A stretch of DNA of 64,000 bases, from the NCBI GenBank assembly GCA_033764955.1, contig JANRIL010000041.1, positions 58,408 to 122,407 of the forward strand, read 5' to 3'. Every line of letters begins with the position of its first letter. Position 1 is the first letter of the stretch. This DNA comes from Cyanobacteriota bacterium. GTDB lineage: Bacteria > Cyanobacteriota > Cyanobacteriia > Thermostichales > Thermostichaceae. A program made the translations under genes and the position numbers. The notes below the pieces were generated by a model. It saw only the letters and a program-made list of their open reading frames with translations. It ran no database searches and was not told the origin of the DNA. Below, in pieces: positions 29,665 through 40,729 of this stretch.

Positions 29665-30725
29665 TCAACCTGATTACTGAGTTGAAACGTTTAGGGATCC
29701 TGGATGGGTTATCGTTTCAAGTCGCTTCGGTGGGAGCGAGAGATATGGGTGAGCAAGATTTTTCCCATCTTTGGTATGAATTAGGTGAACAACTCACCAT
29801 CTACAATTTTGAACCCGATGAACAAGAATGCCAAAAACTTGCTGAAAGATTTACTCGGCAAGGCATGACTCATCAAGAAATTTATATTCCCAAAGCCCTT
29901 GGTCAACGTTCGGGACAAGAGGATTTTTATATCACCCGCAACCCCGGTTGTTCCTCCCTATATCTACCTGATGAGGATTTCTTGGGTCGCCTGAGCCTCA
30001 GTCGCAGCACGAGTGGAAAATTCGAGCGGCTGAAGGATCTGAATGAATGGACTCAATTCGCTAGGGTTGAAACGGTCAACTGCTCAACCTTGGATCAAGA
30101 GATTGGCAATCACCCTATTGATTTTATAAAGATTGATGCTCAAGGAGCCGGTTTAGATATCTTGAGAGGGGGTGAAGAGAGGGTTTTGAACTCACTACTA
30201 GCCATTCAAGTTGAAATCGAATTTGTTAACCTTTATCACGGTGAATCTCTTTTTGGTGAAGTTGATACTTTCTTGCGGCAAAGAGGGTTTTCACTTTTAC
30301 TGATTGATCCTTCCGGTCAAAAGCTGCGATCCCTTACTCCGCTTGTCTATCAACGACAACCTTCCCCTTACTTTGTCGGTCAACTGGTTTGGGGAGATGT
30401 CATTTATTATCGAGATCTTATTCAAACTCCAGACTCTCATCCTAATTTGCCACAGTCATTACTTAAGCTTATTTGTGTTTTGTATTGCTTACTTCCCCAT
30501 CGTTTTATCGACATTTGTGCGGAATATATCATCTATCTGATTACCCATTATGGGGATCCCCAAGCCAATCATCTTTTTGATCTCATGCCTATCATCAAAG
30601 ACTGGTTTCAATCTCCTGATCTAGGATTGCAACTATCCGACGCTGAGCTAGGAGAAACAAAAGCTTGGCAGCAACTTTCCTGGGCTAAAGAGTTAGCTCA
30701 GCAGATATCCACGTTGGAGGATTAA
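29661..30725 (+). CDS. FkbM-family SAM methyltransferase
   Basis: [27 protein letters not shown] overlap with the aspS stop. Confidence 0.88.
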   Translation: MINLITELKRLGILDGLSFQVASVGARDMGEQDFSHLWYELGEQLTIYNFEPDEQECQKLAERFTRQGMTHQEIYIPKALGQRSGQEDFYITRNPGCSSLYLPDEDFLGRLSLSRSTSGKFERLKDLNEWTQFARVETVNCSTLDQEIGNHPIDFIKIDAQGAGLDILRGGEERVLNSLLAIQVEIEFVNLYHGESLFGEVDTFLRQRGFSLLLIDPSGQKLRSLTPLVYQRQPSPYFVGQLVWGDVIYYRDLIQTPDSHPNLPQSLLKLICVLYCLLPHRFIDICAEYIIYLITHYGDPQANHLFDLMPIIKDWFQSPDLGLQLSDAELGETKAWQQLSWAKELAQQISTLED

Positions 30726-30920
30726 GCCATTATTGGGTCACCATGAGATGGCCAATGGGTTATTCATCTCCTGGTTTGTCAGGACAGGTTGTGCAACAAA
30801 ATCTGAATTTTTTTTGCAAATCTCAGGAACCCCTCCACAGGATCAGAGGGATCCCCGATGGATCTACTACACTTTGGGTGAGTTAATCCCGCCATCCACA
30901 TCACCCAACTAGGAGCCGGT

Positions 30921-31640
30921 ATGGCAGAAACTTTATACACTTATGCTTTTTTCCCAGTGCCGGATGCCGCCATTGTAGATGCTATTGAGCAAACGGAGGG
31001 TCTAGCCGGATCAATTCAGGTGGTTGCTCCCCAGGGAGGAATGATCGCGGCAGCGGTAGAGCGCTTATCGGATTTGGCCTATTTGGAATCCTCCGATGAA
31101 ATGCTCCTCCGTTCTGCTCTGCGCCATGATCAGGTCATTTGCCAACTATTTAGTCAGCTACAGGTTTTGCCCCTGCGATTCGGAACCTGTTTTGTTTCCC
31201 GCGAAAAGTTGCAATCCCATCTTTTGGCTAAGCAGGTAGATTATTCGGAAGCCCTCAGCAGCATAGTTGGACGGGCGGAATATCTCTTGAAGGTTTTTGC
31301 TCCAAGCGAGGTTCAACCTCTAGATCCCTCAACAACGACTTCAGGAACCGCTTATCTATTAGCCAAAAAACAAGCCTATGCACGCCTACAGGCTCAAGCG
31401 GCTGAGCAGGCTGCTTTGCTCAATGAAATCCAGGAATTATGGCCACTTGATTGGCCAAGGCAAACCATTTCTCCGCAAACGGATGAGATTTTAAGAATCT
31501 ATTTTTTGTTGTCAGCCGTAGAGTATCATCACGCATTGACCATTACAAAAGAGTGGCTAGAAGCGCATGAAGGGTGGAAGCTAGAGTGGAGTACCGCTTT
31601 GCCCCCTTACCACTTTGTTCAATCGCCCGCTCTATCTTAA
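30921..31640 (+). CDS. GvpL/GvpF-family gas vesicle protein
   Basis: LYTYAF, H..VI, VLPLRFGTCF, G..EY..K, SGTAYL..KK, LPPYHFV. Confidence 0.85.
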   Translation: MAETLYTYAFFPVPDAAIVDAIEQTEGLAGSIQVVAPQGGMIAAAVERLSDLAYLESSDEMLLRSALRHDQVICQLFSQLQVLPLRFGTCFVSREKLQSHLLAKQVDYSEALSSIVGRAEYLLKVFAPSEVQPLDPSTTTSGTAYLLAKKQAYARLQAQAAEQAALLNEIQELWPLDWPRQTISPQTDEILRIYFLLSAVEYHHALTITKEWLEAHEGWKLEWSTALPPYHFVQSPALS

Positions 31641-31830
31641 GGTTCAATTCCCTGCTATCACCCCACCATCAATAGGATCACCAATGTGAGTAACGGCGTG
31701 AATGGTCAATCCACTAACTTAGTTAGCCAGCGATCCTATTGCCTTATTCACTGAAGAAGTTTATTTTGGATTGACGGAAATACTTGAAAACTAATTTCCT
31801 CAATCTTTTTGTTGAGCCTCAGGGATCCCT

Positions 31831-33591
31831 ATGCCACCATTTATTCGACGCCATTTTTGGATTTTTGGGATCCTCAATCTCCTAGTTTGGCTGTTAGCAG
31901 CATGTGGTGAACCTACGGTTGTGAGAGAAACGCTGGTCAGCTCAGTGATTTCGGATCCCAAAACATTCAACCCCTATTTACAAGCAGAAAGTTCAAGCCG
32001 AGAGGTAACTGCCTACCTACAGGCAGGACTGACCCGACTCAACCCAGATACCCTCCTCCCCGAACCCGAATTGGCTGAGAAGTGGGAAGTCTTTGATGAG
32101 GGATTGCGTTATGTTTTTACTCTAAAATCTGGATTGCGATGGTCTGATGGATATCCATTAACGATGGAAGATGTGGATTTCACATTCAATCAAATTATTT
32201 TCAATGAAAAGATTCCCACCTCCTCGCGGGATGTTCAGCGCATAGGGGAAAGTGGAACCTTACCTACGGTTACGCTTCTCAATGAATCCCAGATAGAGTT
32301 TATTCTGCCGGAACCTTTTGCTCCCTTTTTGATTCAAGCAGGGGCATCTATTGTGCCAAAACATATCTTTCTGCCCACATTAGAGCAGGTGGATGAGCAA
32401 GGAAACCCATTGTTTCTCAAATCTTGGGGTATCGATACTCCCGTTCATCAGTTGATCAGTGCTGGTCCTTATATCATCGCGGAATATACTCCTGGTCAAC
32501 GGGTGGTCTATAGGGCAAACTCCCATTACTGGAAAAAAGGATCTCAAGGAGAGTTGTTGCCTAAAATTAGGCGACTGGTCATCCGAATCGTTGACTCTCA
32601 AGACACCGCTTTGTTACAGTTTCGTTCTGGAGAAACAGACAGTTATAGTGTGAGAGGAAGTGATTTTCAGTTATTAAAACGGGAAGAAGATCGGGATCAA
32701 TTCACCATTTATAATCTAGGATCCACCCTAAATAATAATTTTATATCCTTTAATCAGAGTAAAGCACGGGATCCCAAGTCGGGAAAGCCATTTGTGGATC
32801 CCATAAAAAGCCAATGGTTTAATGATATTTTCTTTCGACGAGCAGTTGCTTATGCCATGCACAAACAGGGCTATGTAGATAGCGTACAACAAGGTTTAGG
32901 CGAACCTCAAGATTCTGTTATTTCACCGGCTAGCCCCTTTCATCTGAGTCGCCAGGATGGGCTTCTGGTCTATGATTATGATCCACAAAAAGCACGAGAT
33001 CTGTTACTGTCGGCGGGATATCGCTATGACAATAATCAGCGACTACGGGATCCTCAAGATCATTTAGTTCGGTTCACTCTCAATACTAACTCTGGCAATA
33101 ATCAACGGGAAGCAACAGGTTCATTAATTAAATCCGATCTCGATCAAATCGGTATTACCGTTGATTTTGTGCCCATTGCCTTTAACAAATTGGTTGAGAT
33201 TACGGATCAGCGGGCATGGGAGGCGATCATTCTTGCTTTTGGAGGCGGGGGGACGGAACCTAATAATGGTTCCAATATCTGGCGTAGCACCGGACGACTG
33301 CATTTGTGGAACCTAGGCGACTTGCCAGATAGTCGAGCCGAAGGAGTAGAAGTCACAGAGTGGGAACAGGAGATTGATCGGATCTTTAATCAGGGAACCC
33401 GTGAACTTGAATTTGCCAAACGCAAAATTCTGTATGACCGTTTCCAAGTTATTATTCAAGAGCAGTTGCCCCTAATTGGAACCTTTAATCCGCTGGTTTT
33501 AGATGCGATACGCAATCGGCTAGAGGGTGTGGATCCCAGACCCATTTTGGGATCCCTATGGAATCTTGATGAGATTATCTTGGCAAACTAG
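31831..33591 (+). CDS. Peptide/nickel ABC transporter substrate-binding lipoprotein (family 5)
   Basis: LAAC lipobox, SDPKTFN, PELAE.W, WSDG.P.T..DV.FT. Confidence 0.93.
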   Translation: MPPFIRRHFWIFGILNLLVWLLAACGEPTVVRETLVSSVISDPKTFNPYLQAESSSREVTAYLQAGLTRLNPDTLLPEPELAEKWEVFDEGLRYVFTLKSGLRWSDGYPLTMEDVDFTFNQIIFNEKIPTSSRDVQRIGESGTLPTVTLLNESQIEFILPEPFAPFLIQAGASIVPKHIFLPTLEQVDEQGNPLFLKSWGIDTPVHQLISAGPYIIAEYTPGQRVVYRANSHYWKKGSQGELLPKIRRLVIRIVDSQDTALLQFRSGETDSYSVRGSDFQLLKREEDRDQFTIYNLGSTLNNNFISFNQSKARDPKSGKPFVDPIKSQWFNDIFFRRAVAYAMHKQGYVDSVQQGLGEPQDSVISPASPFHLSRQDGLLVYDYDPQKARDLLLSAGYRYDNNQRLRDPQDHLVRFTLNTNSGNNQREATGSLIKSDLDQIGITVDFVPIAFNKLVEITDQRAWEAIILAFGGGGTEPNNGSNIWRSTGRLHLWNLGDLPDSRAEGVEVTEWEQEIDRIFNQGTRELEFAKRKILYDRFQVIIQEQLPLIGTFNPLVLDAIRNRLEGVDPRPILGSLWNLDEIILAN

Positions 33592-33649
33592 CCAGAATTC
33601 ACTAGTGGCTTTGAACGGTATGGTTTTGGGTTCTTTTGCTACTCATCTT

Positions 33650-34213
33650 CTAGCGACGAGTTTGTTTGAGCTTTTGCAATTCTTGCTCGACCTCAAGATC
33701 GTGGAACTGTTTTTCCAGTTCCTCCCAGGAGGAGGAGGGTTTCGTCCAACCACTAAATTCTTCTGTAGGGGTGGAACGAGCAGCTTTTTGTTGTTCGACT
33801 CGCATAGCTTGTAGCTTTTGTTTGACCTCCTGCCGTCGTTCTTGAATTTGTCGAAGTAAGGCTTCCATTTGGGCAATGCGTTCGCGGATCCCTTTCATCT
33901 GTCCCCACAGTTGATTACCCTGGTTGAGTAGATCGGCTTCGCGGTCACGTGCCCCTTGAGCGAGATCGGGACGGTTGGCCTTCATCGCTTTGTCGATGCG
34001 GAGATGCCAGGTTTTGATGGTTTCAGCGGTGGCTAAGACGCTATGTTGAAGTCGCTGTTCTTCCGAACGACTTTCGGCCAGCAATCTGACTGTATCGGAT
34101 TCCTGCTGGCGGAGTTGTTCATCAAGGGCTTGCAGTTCCAGATCGGGGTGAGCCTTCAGAAATTCCTCGAGGCGGGTTTCCAAAAAGCGGCTGAGGTCAT
34201 CAAACAGTCCCAT
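33650..34213 (-). CDS. TIGR04376-family (PspA-like coiled-coil) protein
   Basis: MGLFDDLSRFLETRLEEFL.AHP.LELQAL. Confidence 0.85.
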   Translation of the reverse strand: MGLFDDLSRFLETRLEEFLKAHPDLELQALDEQLRQQESDTVRLLAESRSEEQRLQHSVLATAETIKTWHLRIDKAMKANRPDLAQGARDREADLLNQGNQLWGQMKGIRERIAQMEALLRQIQERRQEVKQKLQAMRVEQQKAARSTPTEEFSGWTKPSSSWEELEKQFHDLEVEQELQKLKQTRR

Positions 34214-34332
34214 AATCTTGGATCCCTTCCCGTTCTGAAATAACCCCCATTTTACTTGGCCTATTCCTCGACGCTTCATGCCCCTGTGAAAACTCTGAGG
34301 GGATCCAGACAATGGCCTGCCAGCCAGATCCA

Positions 34333-34596
34333 CTATGCCAGATGCCTCGCTAACACCGAACGGGGGGCGCGGCGAATCCGACAGAGAATAGTTTCGTGCC
34401 CCAAACGGGTACAGGCTTCCGTGCGATGACAGCCAGAAAAGCCATAAAATTGACCCTCCACCTCCAAAACATCAATCGGCTCCTGCTGCCCCACCTCCTG
34501 AATGGATTGCATGAGTGCGGCCACTTTGCTCGCATCGGTTTGGCGGATGAGGGGACGACGAATCTGTGCCAAGGGGATCCGCTCTACTCTTGCCAT
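34333..34596 (-). CDS. srxA: Sulfiredoxin
   Basis: FSGCHR motif in an 87-aa ParB-like fold. Confidence 0.93.
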   Translation of the reverse strand: MARVERIPLAQIRRPLIRQTDASKVAALMQSIQEVGQQEPIDVLEVEGQFYGFSGCHRTEACTRLGHETILCRIRRAPRSVLARHLA

Positions 34597-34662
34597 GGTG
34601 AAATGTCTCCCGACTATCTATTCTCTAAATCATACTCATAACGACTATGAGTTGAAAAGGAG

Positions 34663-35367
34663 CTAGTCGTCTTCCTGAATAGCTTGGGGCAGTGGGCGGG
34701 TACTTTTGGGGAGGCTGACCGAAAACCGCTGAGGGGATCCTTGACCAATCTGCACGCTGACGTGCTGAGGATCTGGCACTTGCCGAGCCGAGAAGACAAA
34801 GATCTCCGGTTGAATGGCAACGGCTCCCCCGGCGGTGACCAAGCGGGTCAGACTGGCTTGACCGCTTGTCCCTTCCAGAGAGACCTTAACCGTTTCCGTT
34901 GGGGGTGGGGATCCCAACCCTCCCCGAAAGATCACCTGAACCCGGTAGCGATCGGGAAAAAAGACCGCGTAGGGAACCTCCGTGACAACGGCGGTGGTGC
35001 CATCGGGCAGGATGGTGATGGGCAGATTGTCCTGACGAGGATTGAGCGTTCTGATCCGGCGTTCACTGCGGGTGGCAGCCACTTCAGCTTGCACACGGGT
35101 GACGGTAAGGCGACTGATGGTTGGGGTAGGGGTGGGCAAGAGAGTCAACAGGCGACTCCGGTAGGCTTGCAGTTGCTTTTTTTGCTGGGGATCCGCTTGC
35201 AGCGAGGGATCCGCCAACCACCGATCCACTAGGGTCAGAGCCGCCTGCCAATTCTCTTCAGCTACCGCCGCTTGCAGTTGGCGATGCCGCTCTGTGGGGG
35301 TTTGGGGAAACACTGGACAAGCAGATAAAACAAAGCCAATGGCCAGCAAAACAGCAAGCGGACGCAT
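34663..35367 (-). CDS. Hypothetical exported protein (possible lipoprotein)
   Basis: Signal peptide ending LSAC; helical then beta-rich part. Confidence 0.65.
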   Translation of the reverse strand: MRPLAVLLAIGFVLSACPVFPQTPTERHRQLQAAVAEENWQAALTLVDRWLADPSLQADPQQKKQLQAYRSRLLTLLPTPTPTISRLTVTRVQAEVAATRSERRIRTLNPRQDNLPITILPDGTTAVVTEVPYAVFFPDRYRVQVIFRGGLGSPPPTETVKVSLEGTSGQASLTRLVTAGGAVAIQPEIFVFSARQVPDPQHVSVQIGQGSPQRFSVSLPKSTRPLPQAIQEDD

Positions 35368-35442
35368 GAAACAACAATCCTCGAATTAGTGCTGATCAAG
35401 TATCTTATGAATAGAAGCTCAAAGACTTGAGGCAAAGCACCC

Positions 35443-36306
35443 ATGACCGCTGTGCTCATCAACAATCGTTATCGGCTGATTTCTCCTTTGGGCAAAGGTG
35501 GCTTTGGCATCACAGTCTTGGCAGAAGATACTCACATGCCCTCCCGTCGTTCCTGTGTGATCAAACAACTTAAGCCCGCCAGTGATGATCCTCGTTTTTA
35601 TCAATTTGCTCAAGAACGATTTCATCGAGAAGCGGCCATTTTAGAAGAATTAAGCCGGGGCAATGAGCAGATTCCGAAACTGCACGCTTATTTTGAAGAA
35701 ACCGGACGGTTTTATTTGGTGCAAGAGTTAATCGAAGGCAAAACTCTCCAGTCTCATATTCGCAGCGATGGACCGATGAGTGAGAGCCAAGTCACCGAAA
35801 TTTTAGCCAGTATTTTATCTGTCTTAGAATATGTCCACAGTAAAGGAATTATTCATCGGGATATCAAGCCAGATAATGTGATTTTACGACTGGCTGACCA
35901 TAAGCCCGTGTTGATTGATTTTGGGGCGGTCAAAGAAACCATGATGGATCACGATGATCATGGTCAAACCAAGGTGATCGGTACGCCGGGATATATGCCA
36001 ATTGAACAAGGTTTGGGCAGACCCGTCTATTCCAGCGATCTCTATAGTTTGGGATTGGTGGCTATTTTTATGTTGACGGGCAAACATCCCAAAGATTTGG
36101 GTCACGATCCTTTAACAGGAGGAATTACCTGGCAGAAAGCACTGCCCACCATCAGTCCCACCCTCGCCACCGTCATTAACACCGCCATTCAACCCCATCC
36201 CCGCGACCGCTATAGCACGGCGCAAGAGATGCTCTCTGGCATGGGGGACTTGCATGTGGATATGTTGACGGATCAGTTGCGCCGCTTTCGCCGTAAGGAT
36301 CGCTAA
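35443..36306 (+). CDS. Hanks-type Ser/Thr kinase, kinase domain only
   Basis: LGKGGFG, VIK, HRDIKPDN, DFG, GTPGY. Confidence 0.95.
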   Translation: MTAVLINNRYRLISPLGKGGFGITVLAEDTHMPSRRSCVIKQLKPASDDPRFYQFAQERFHREAAILEELSRGNEQIPKLHAYFEETGRFYLVQELIEGKTLQSHIRSDGPMSESQVTEILASILSVLEYVHSKGIIHRDIKPDNVILRLADHKPVLIDFGAVKETMMDHDDHGQTKVIGTPGYMPIEQGLGRPVYSSDLYSLGLVAIFMLTGKHPKDLGHDPLTGGITWQKALPTISPTLATVINTAIQPHPRDRYSTAQEMLSGMGDLHVDMLTDQLRRFRRKDR

Positions 36307-36315
36307 GGCAAACCC

Positions 36316-39300
36316 CTAGAGGATAATCTGGGTTACGCTGTCATCGGAGCGACGGGAGAGCACACGATTGAGGGTGGTTTTGGCCTCAGGAAAGTCGGGG
36401 TTGAGGTCGATGGCACGCCGCAATTCTTCCACCGCTTTATCCAGTTGCCCCAGCTTGGCATAAATGGATCCCAGGCGAAAGTGAGCCGCCGCGTAGCTAC
36501 CATTGGCTTTGATTGCCGCCTGATAATGCTGGACAGCAAACAGTAAATTGCCCCGAATCCGAAAGAGTTCTCCCATGCCAAAATGGGCTTCTGGCACCGA
36601 GGGATCCTTGCGCACAACCGTCTCAAATTTGTTGCCAGCGGCCTCTGCTTGTCGGGAATGAATAAACTTTTTGCCGGAGAGATCCTGTTGTTTTTGGGAT
36701 AAAAAGGCCAGTCCAATACAGGCGGTAGCCGCCCAAAAATGGTGATCCAAATTGTGAGCCAGCTCAAACTTTTTGATGGCTTCGTCATTGTCTTTGTTTG
36801 CCATCAACACCTGCCCCATACCGTAGTGGGCGCGTGCCAAGTTGGGATCCCTGGTCAGAGCTTTTGTAAACTCCTGCGCGGCATTCACCACATCTCCGGT
36901 TTGCAGTAAAGCCAGCCCTAAATCCACATGAAAATCCGGTTGAGGACGGGTCGCCTTCTCCACCGCCGTCCGTAGGGAAGCGATTGCGGGGCGCAGTTGT
37001 CCTAGGAGGAAAAAAGCCACCCCAGTACCGTGATGGGCTTCCGGCAGATTGGGGTTGATGCCCAGGGCTTTTTCAAACATATCAATGGCTAATTCCCGCT
37101 CTCCCTGATAACAAAGGGCATAGCCTGCCCCACAATAGGCGCTGGCTAAACTGGGATCCTGAATGAGCGCCTGTTGAAACTCAGATTTGGCCTCAATCCA
37201 CAACCGCTGCTGCAAGAACGCCTTGCCCAAGCAGACATGAATCTGGGCTTTCTTGGCTTTGGGACTATTCACCTGAGTGGTGGCAATGGCGTTGGCCGCC
37301 CGAAATTGGCTGACGGCTTCGTGGGGATCCTTTTGGGTGAGCAACTGTTGCCCATACTCCATCAGGGTATCCAGCAGTTGCGTGGACAGACCCTCCAGGT
37401 CGGGGTTGATCTGCTCCGCTTGCCGAAATAGGGGGATGGCTTCCTGAAAACGGCCTTTGCGAAACAACAAATAGCCCCACTGCTGATAGGCTGCCGCGTA
37501 ACGGGGATTGACCTCAATGGCCTGCTGTAACTCTAGGATGGCGGGATCCCATTGGTTCTCTTGAATCAGGGTGAGGGCTTGGCCGAAATGGCGGCTGGCT
37601 CGATCCCCTCCTAAGCCTGTGGAACTAACGGTCGGTCTGGCGGCGGATAGCGCCTTTTGCAGGGTTCTCCCTAAAACCAGTAGCGCCGGGATCCCTAACC
37701 CTACACCCAACCCCCAGGGGAGGATCTGTCGCCAGGGATGGCTGGAAACGCTCTCCACTCCGGCAGTAGAACTCACCAAACTTGGGGGAGCAGGGGCAGG
37801 AGTCGCCGCCAGAGCGGTTGCCAAGGGGGGAGCAGGAGTCGCAACCGAGACAGGGGGTGGGGCAGGCAGAGGGGTCGCCGGAATGGGGGTAGCAACCGCC
37901 AGAGGGGCAGGGGGGAGGGTGGGAATGGGAGTGGGGGAGGGGAATGGAACCGATTGAAAGGCTTGAGCCGTTGTGGCAACAGGCGGGGTTGCCCCTGAGG
38001 TCGTAGGAGCCACCGCAGGCTGGGTAGGAGCTTTGAGGGAATCCGGCAGGCTAGCGGTGGGATCCTGGAGGCGGCTCAGGTTGGCACGGATTTTTTGCTC
38101 CGCTTGATCAGCCAGGGTGCTAGCGGGGCTGGCTGGTTGGGGCAGACGGGTGGCAATGGTTTGGCTGGCTTGCGCCTGTTGGGATTGACCTGTGGCGGTT
38201 AGAACCTGACTTTGGCTGGCATAGGTTTGGGTCTGGAGGGGATTGTGGTCGAGAGCCGCATTAAATTGGCTAAGGGCCGCTCCATAATTTTGCTGTTGAG
38301 CCAAAGCCAAACCGAGGGTATGGCGAGCCTGACTGTTTTCCGGATCCAAGGCTACCGCTGTCTGGAGGTGCTCAACAGCCTGGTTGGTTTGCTCAGTTTG
38401 GAGGAGCGCCAATCCCAAATTTAGGTGGGTTTCAGCCCGCTTGGGATCCTGGGTGAGGGCGCGGTTCAGTTGGGCGATGGCTTGATCCAAAGGAGCATCC
38501 GCTAAGACGGCCTGCTCGGCCAGGGCAATGCCCAGGTAGTGTTGGGTGAGGGCATGGTTGGGGTCAAGCGCCAGGGCGCTTTCCAGGCTGGCGATAGCGG
38601 CTGACCACTCCCCCTGAGCAGACAACAGCCGTCCCAGTTGCAGATGAGCTTCCAAAAGGCGCGGATCATGGCGGATGGCTTGGCGGAAGGATTTTTCCGC
38701 TTCGGCTAGCTGATTGTGGGCGAAATAGGCTTTGCCCAAATTGAGATGGGTTTGGGGATCCCGTGGATTTTGTTGCAGGGCGGCGCGAAAGGTGCGAATC
38801 GCCTGATCCATCTGTCCCTCCGCATAAAAAGCGGATCCCAGATCCTGAACAGCACTGGCGTAGGTGGGATCCAACTGCATCGCCTGTAAATAAAAATCAA
38901 CCGCCGCTTCTGGATTAGCGGTGCGGGAATAGGCTAACCCCAGTTGATAATGAGCCAAGGCATGATTGGGATCCAAAGCAATCGCCTGGTGCAGGGGAGG
39001 AATGGCCTGCTCCGGTTGATCCTGCTTAAGGTACACCACGCCAATTTGAGCATGGGCATCGGCATAACGGGGATCCGCTTGCAGGGCGCGTTGATAGCTT
39101 TGCCGAGCCGGATCCCATTGGGCTTGGGCGGCATGGGTAAGCCCTAAATAATAGTGGGCTTGCGGATTTTGGGGGGCTTGGGCAAGGGTGGTGGCAAGTT
39201 CCTGTTGGGCCTGTTGCCAGTCGCCTTTTTGGTAGAGGGCAATCGCCAAATCCAGCCGAGCCTCGATGTTTTGGGGTTGAGCAATCAGTTGGCTGCGCTG

Positions 39301-40284
39301 TTGCCGGATCCGTTCCTCCAACTCGGCTAATCGTCCCTGAGCATGTTCAAGCGCCACCTGAACGGCCAGATTGTGGGGATCCTGCTGAAGGGCGGTTTCA
39401 TAACGGTCAATCGCCTGCTGCCAGCGACCTTGACGGGCGAAATCAACCCCTTGGTGATAGTCTTGGCTGACGGCTTGCCACTGCTGTGCTTGTCTCCAAG
39501 AGAGACCCAGCCAGAGGGTCACCCCCAAGCCAGCCAGACTGACCAGACCCAACAGCATCGGCAAAGGGGGCAAATAGGGGGAAAAGGATGACTGGAGTTG
39601 GGCAAAGCCAGATTGGATAGTCTGGACTAACCGGTGGGGGGAAGGGGCTTGCGGATCCCCCTCCTTATCTGTCTGGTTATCTGTGGGGGATAAAGAGGGT
39701 GCCACGGGATCCGCGATGGCTTCTGAGGGTTCAGACTCCTCAGCGGTTGGTGGTGAGGCAGAAGCCAGTTTGGGACTGGGAGAACGCAGGAGAGCAGGAA
39801 TGCCCAGGCGGGGCAGGCTGACCGAACTAGCGGAGGGGGGATCCCCTGTTGCAGCCTGAGGGACAGGTCGTAAATGGGGAGGAATCAGACGGATCGGGTC
39901 GGTGTGGCGGGTAGAAGCCAGCACTTTTTCTGGGGAGATTGGGTCTGGGGGAGATTCAGAGGGCACAAGTTGGGTGGGGTGAGGATCCAGGGATCCCCTT
40001 GCCACCGACTGCCGCCAAGCGGGTTGTTGCTGCCCCTGTGGCCGACCATAGATAATCACCTGCTCCACCTCAGGGGGCAAGGGCAGATCGCGGAGTTGTT
40101 CAACTAATTGCTTGACCACCTGCTGGGGGGGAGGGGGATCCGTTTCCCCATATTCCATGAGGAGGTGGAGGGTATCCGCCTTGAGGGAACAGCGCAAACG
40201 GGATCCCTCAACAATCGGGGTGGCTTGCAGTCGAGCCACAATCGATGCCGCCGCAACGGAAGAAGTGTGTGATGGCATGTGCAA
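36316..40284 (-). CDS. Large TPR-repeat membrane protein with two TM segments
   Basis: Two TPR arrays separated by a Pro-rich linker; TMs near aa 245-262 and 857-875. Confidence 0.9.
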   Translation of the reverse strand: MHMPSHTSSVAAASIVARLQATPIVEGSRLRCSLKADTLHLLMEYGETDPPPPQQVVKQLVEQLRDLPLPPEVEQVIIYGRPQGQQQPAWRQSVARGSLDPHPTQLVPSESPPDPISPEKVLASTRHTDPIRLIPPHLRPVPQAATGDPPSASSVSLPRLGIPALLRSPSPKLASASPPTAEESEPSEAIADPVAPSLSPTDNQTDKEGDPQAPSPHRLVQTIQSGFAQLQSSFSPYLPPLPMLLGLVSLAGLGVTLWLGLSWRQAQQWQAVSQDYHQGVDFARQGRWQQAIDRYETALQQDPHNLAVQVALEHAQGRLAELEERIRQQRSQLIAQPQNIEARLDLAIALYQKGDWQQAQQELATTLAQAPQNPQAHYYLGLTHAAQAQWDPARQSYQRALQADPRYADAHAQIGVVYLKQDQPEQAIPPLHQAIALDPNHALAHYQLGLAYSRTANPEAAVDFYLQAMQLDPTYASAVQDLGSAFYAEGQMDQAIRTFRAALQQNPRDPQTHLNLGKAYFAHNQLAEAEKSFRQAIRHDPRLLEAHLQLGRLLSAQGEWSAAIASLESALALDPNHALTQHYLGIALAEQAVLADAPLDQAIAQLNRALTQDPKRAETHLNLGLALLQTEQTNQAVEHLQTAVALDPENSQARHTLGLALAQQQNYGAALSQFNAALDHNPLQTQTYASQSQVLTATGQSQQAQASQTIATRLPQPASPASTLADQAEQKIRANLSRLQDPTASLPDSLKAPTQPAVAPTTSGATPPVATTAQAFQSVPFPSPTPIPTLPPAPLAVATPIPATPLPAPPPVSVATPAPPLATALAATPAPAPPSLVSSTAGVESVSSHPWRQILPWGLGVGLGIPALLVLGRTLQKALSAARPTVSSTGLGGDRASRHFGQALTLIQENQWDPAILELQQAIEVNPRYAAAYQQWGYLLFRKGRFQEAIPLFRQAEQINPDLEGLSTQLLDTLMEYGQQLLTQKDPHEAVSQFRAANAIATTQVNSPKAKKAQIHVCLGKAFLQQRLWIEAKSEFQQALIQDPSLASAYCGAGYALCYQGERELAIDMFEKALGINPNLPEAHHGTGVAFFLLGQLRPAIASLRTAVEKATRPQPDFHVDLGLALLQTGDVVNAAQEFTKALTRDPNLARAHYGMGQVLMANKDNDEAIKKFELAHNLDHHFWAATACIGLAFLSQKQQDLSGKKFIHSRQAEAAGNKFETVVRKDPSVPEAHFGMGELFRIRGNLLFAVQHYQAAIKANGSYAAAHFRLGSIYAKLGQLDKAVEELRRAIDLNPDFPEAKTTLNRVLSRRSDDSVTQIIL

Positions 40285-40729
40285 GCGTGACCCCCATAAT
40301 TAGCAATATTCAGCACTCTTTATCGCCTCAGCCAAATCACCACCTCAGCCAACCTAGGGAACCCTAGCGGATTCGGCATACACCTAATAAACACAATCAG
40401 ATGTTTAGATTTAGATAAGGTCAGATGGAAGCAAAGGGTATCGATTCAAAGTCAATAAGTATTATTTCTATGCTTAATTGTCTAAACATTAGTGATCTAC
40501 ACATCTTACGATTCGGGATCCCTGTGTCCGGGATCCGTTATCTATCCCCCAATAAACGCCTCTAAAGAATCGCCTAGGTCTATTCTAATCCCATCAGACA
40601 GACCATCACATCCGAATACCCTCGCAGTGATCTCAGCAATTCTGCTGAAGTTTTCCACCCTTCTCAACATACCCAAGTAAAAATGCTGCCCTGCTCCACT
40701 CCTCAATCCCAGGGATCCGCCCCAGCCCC

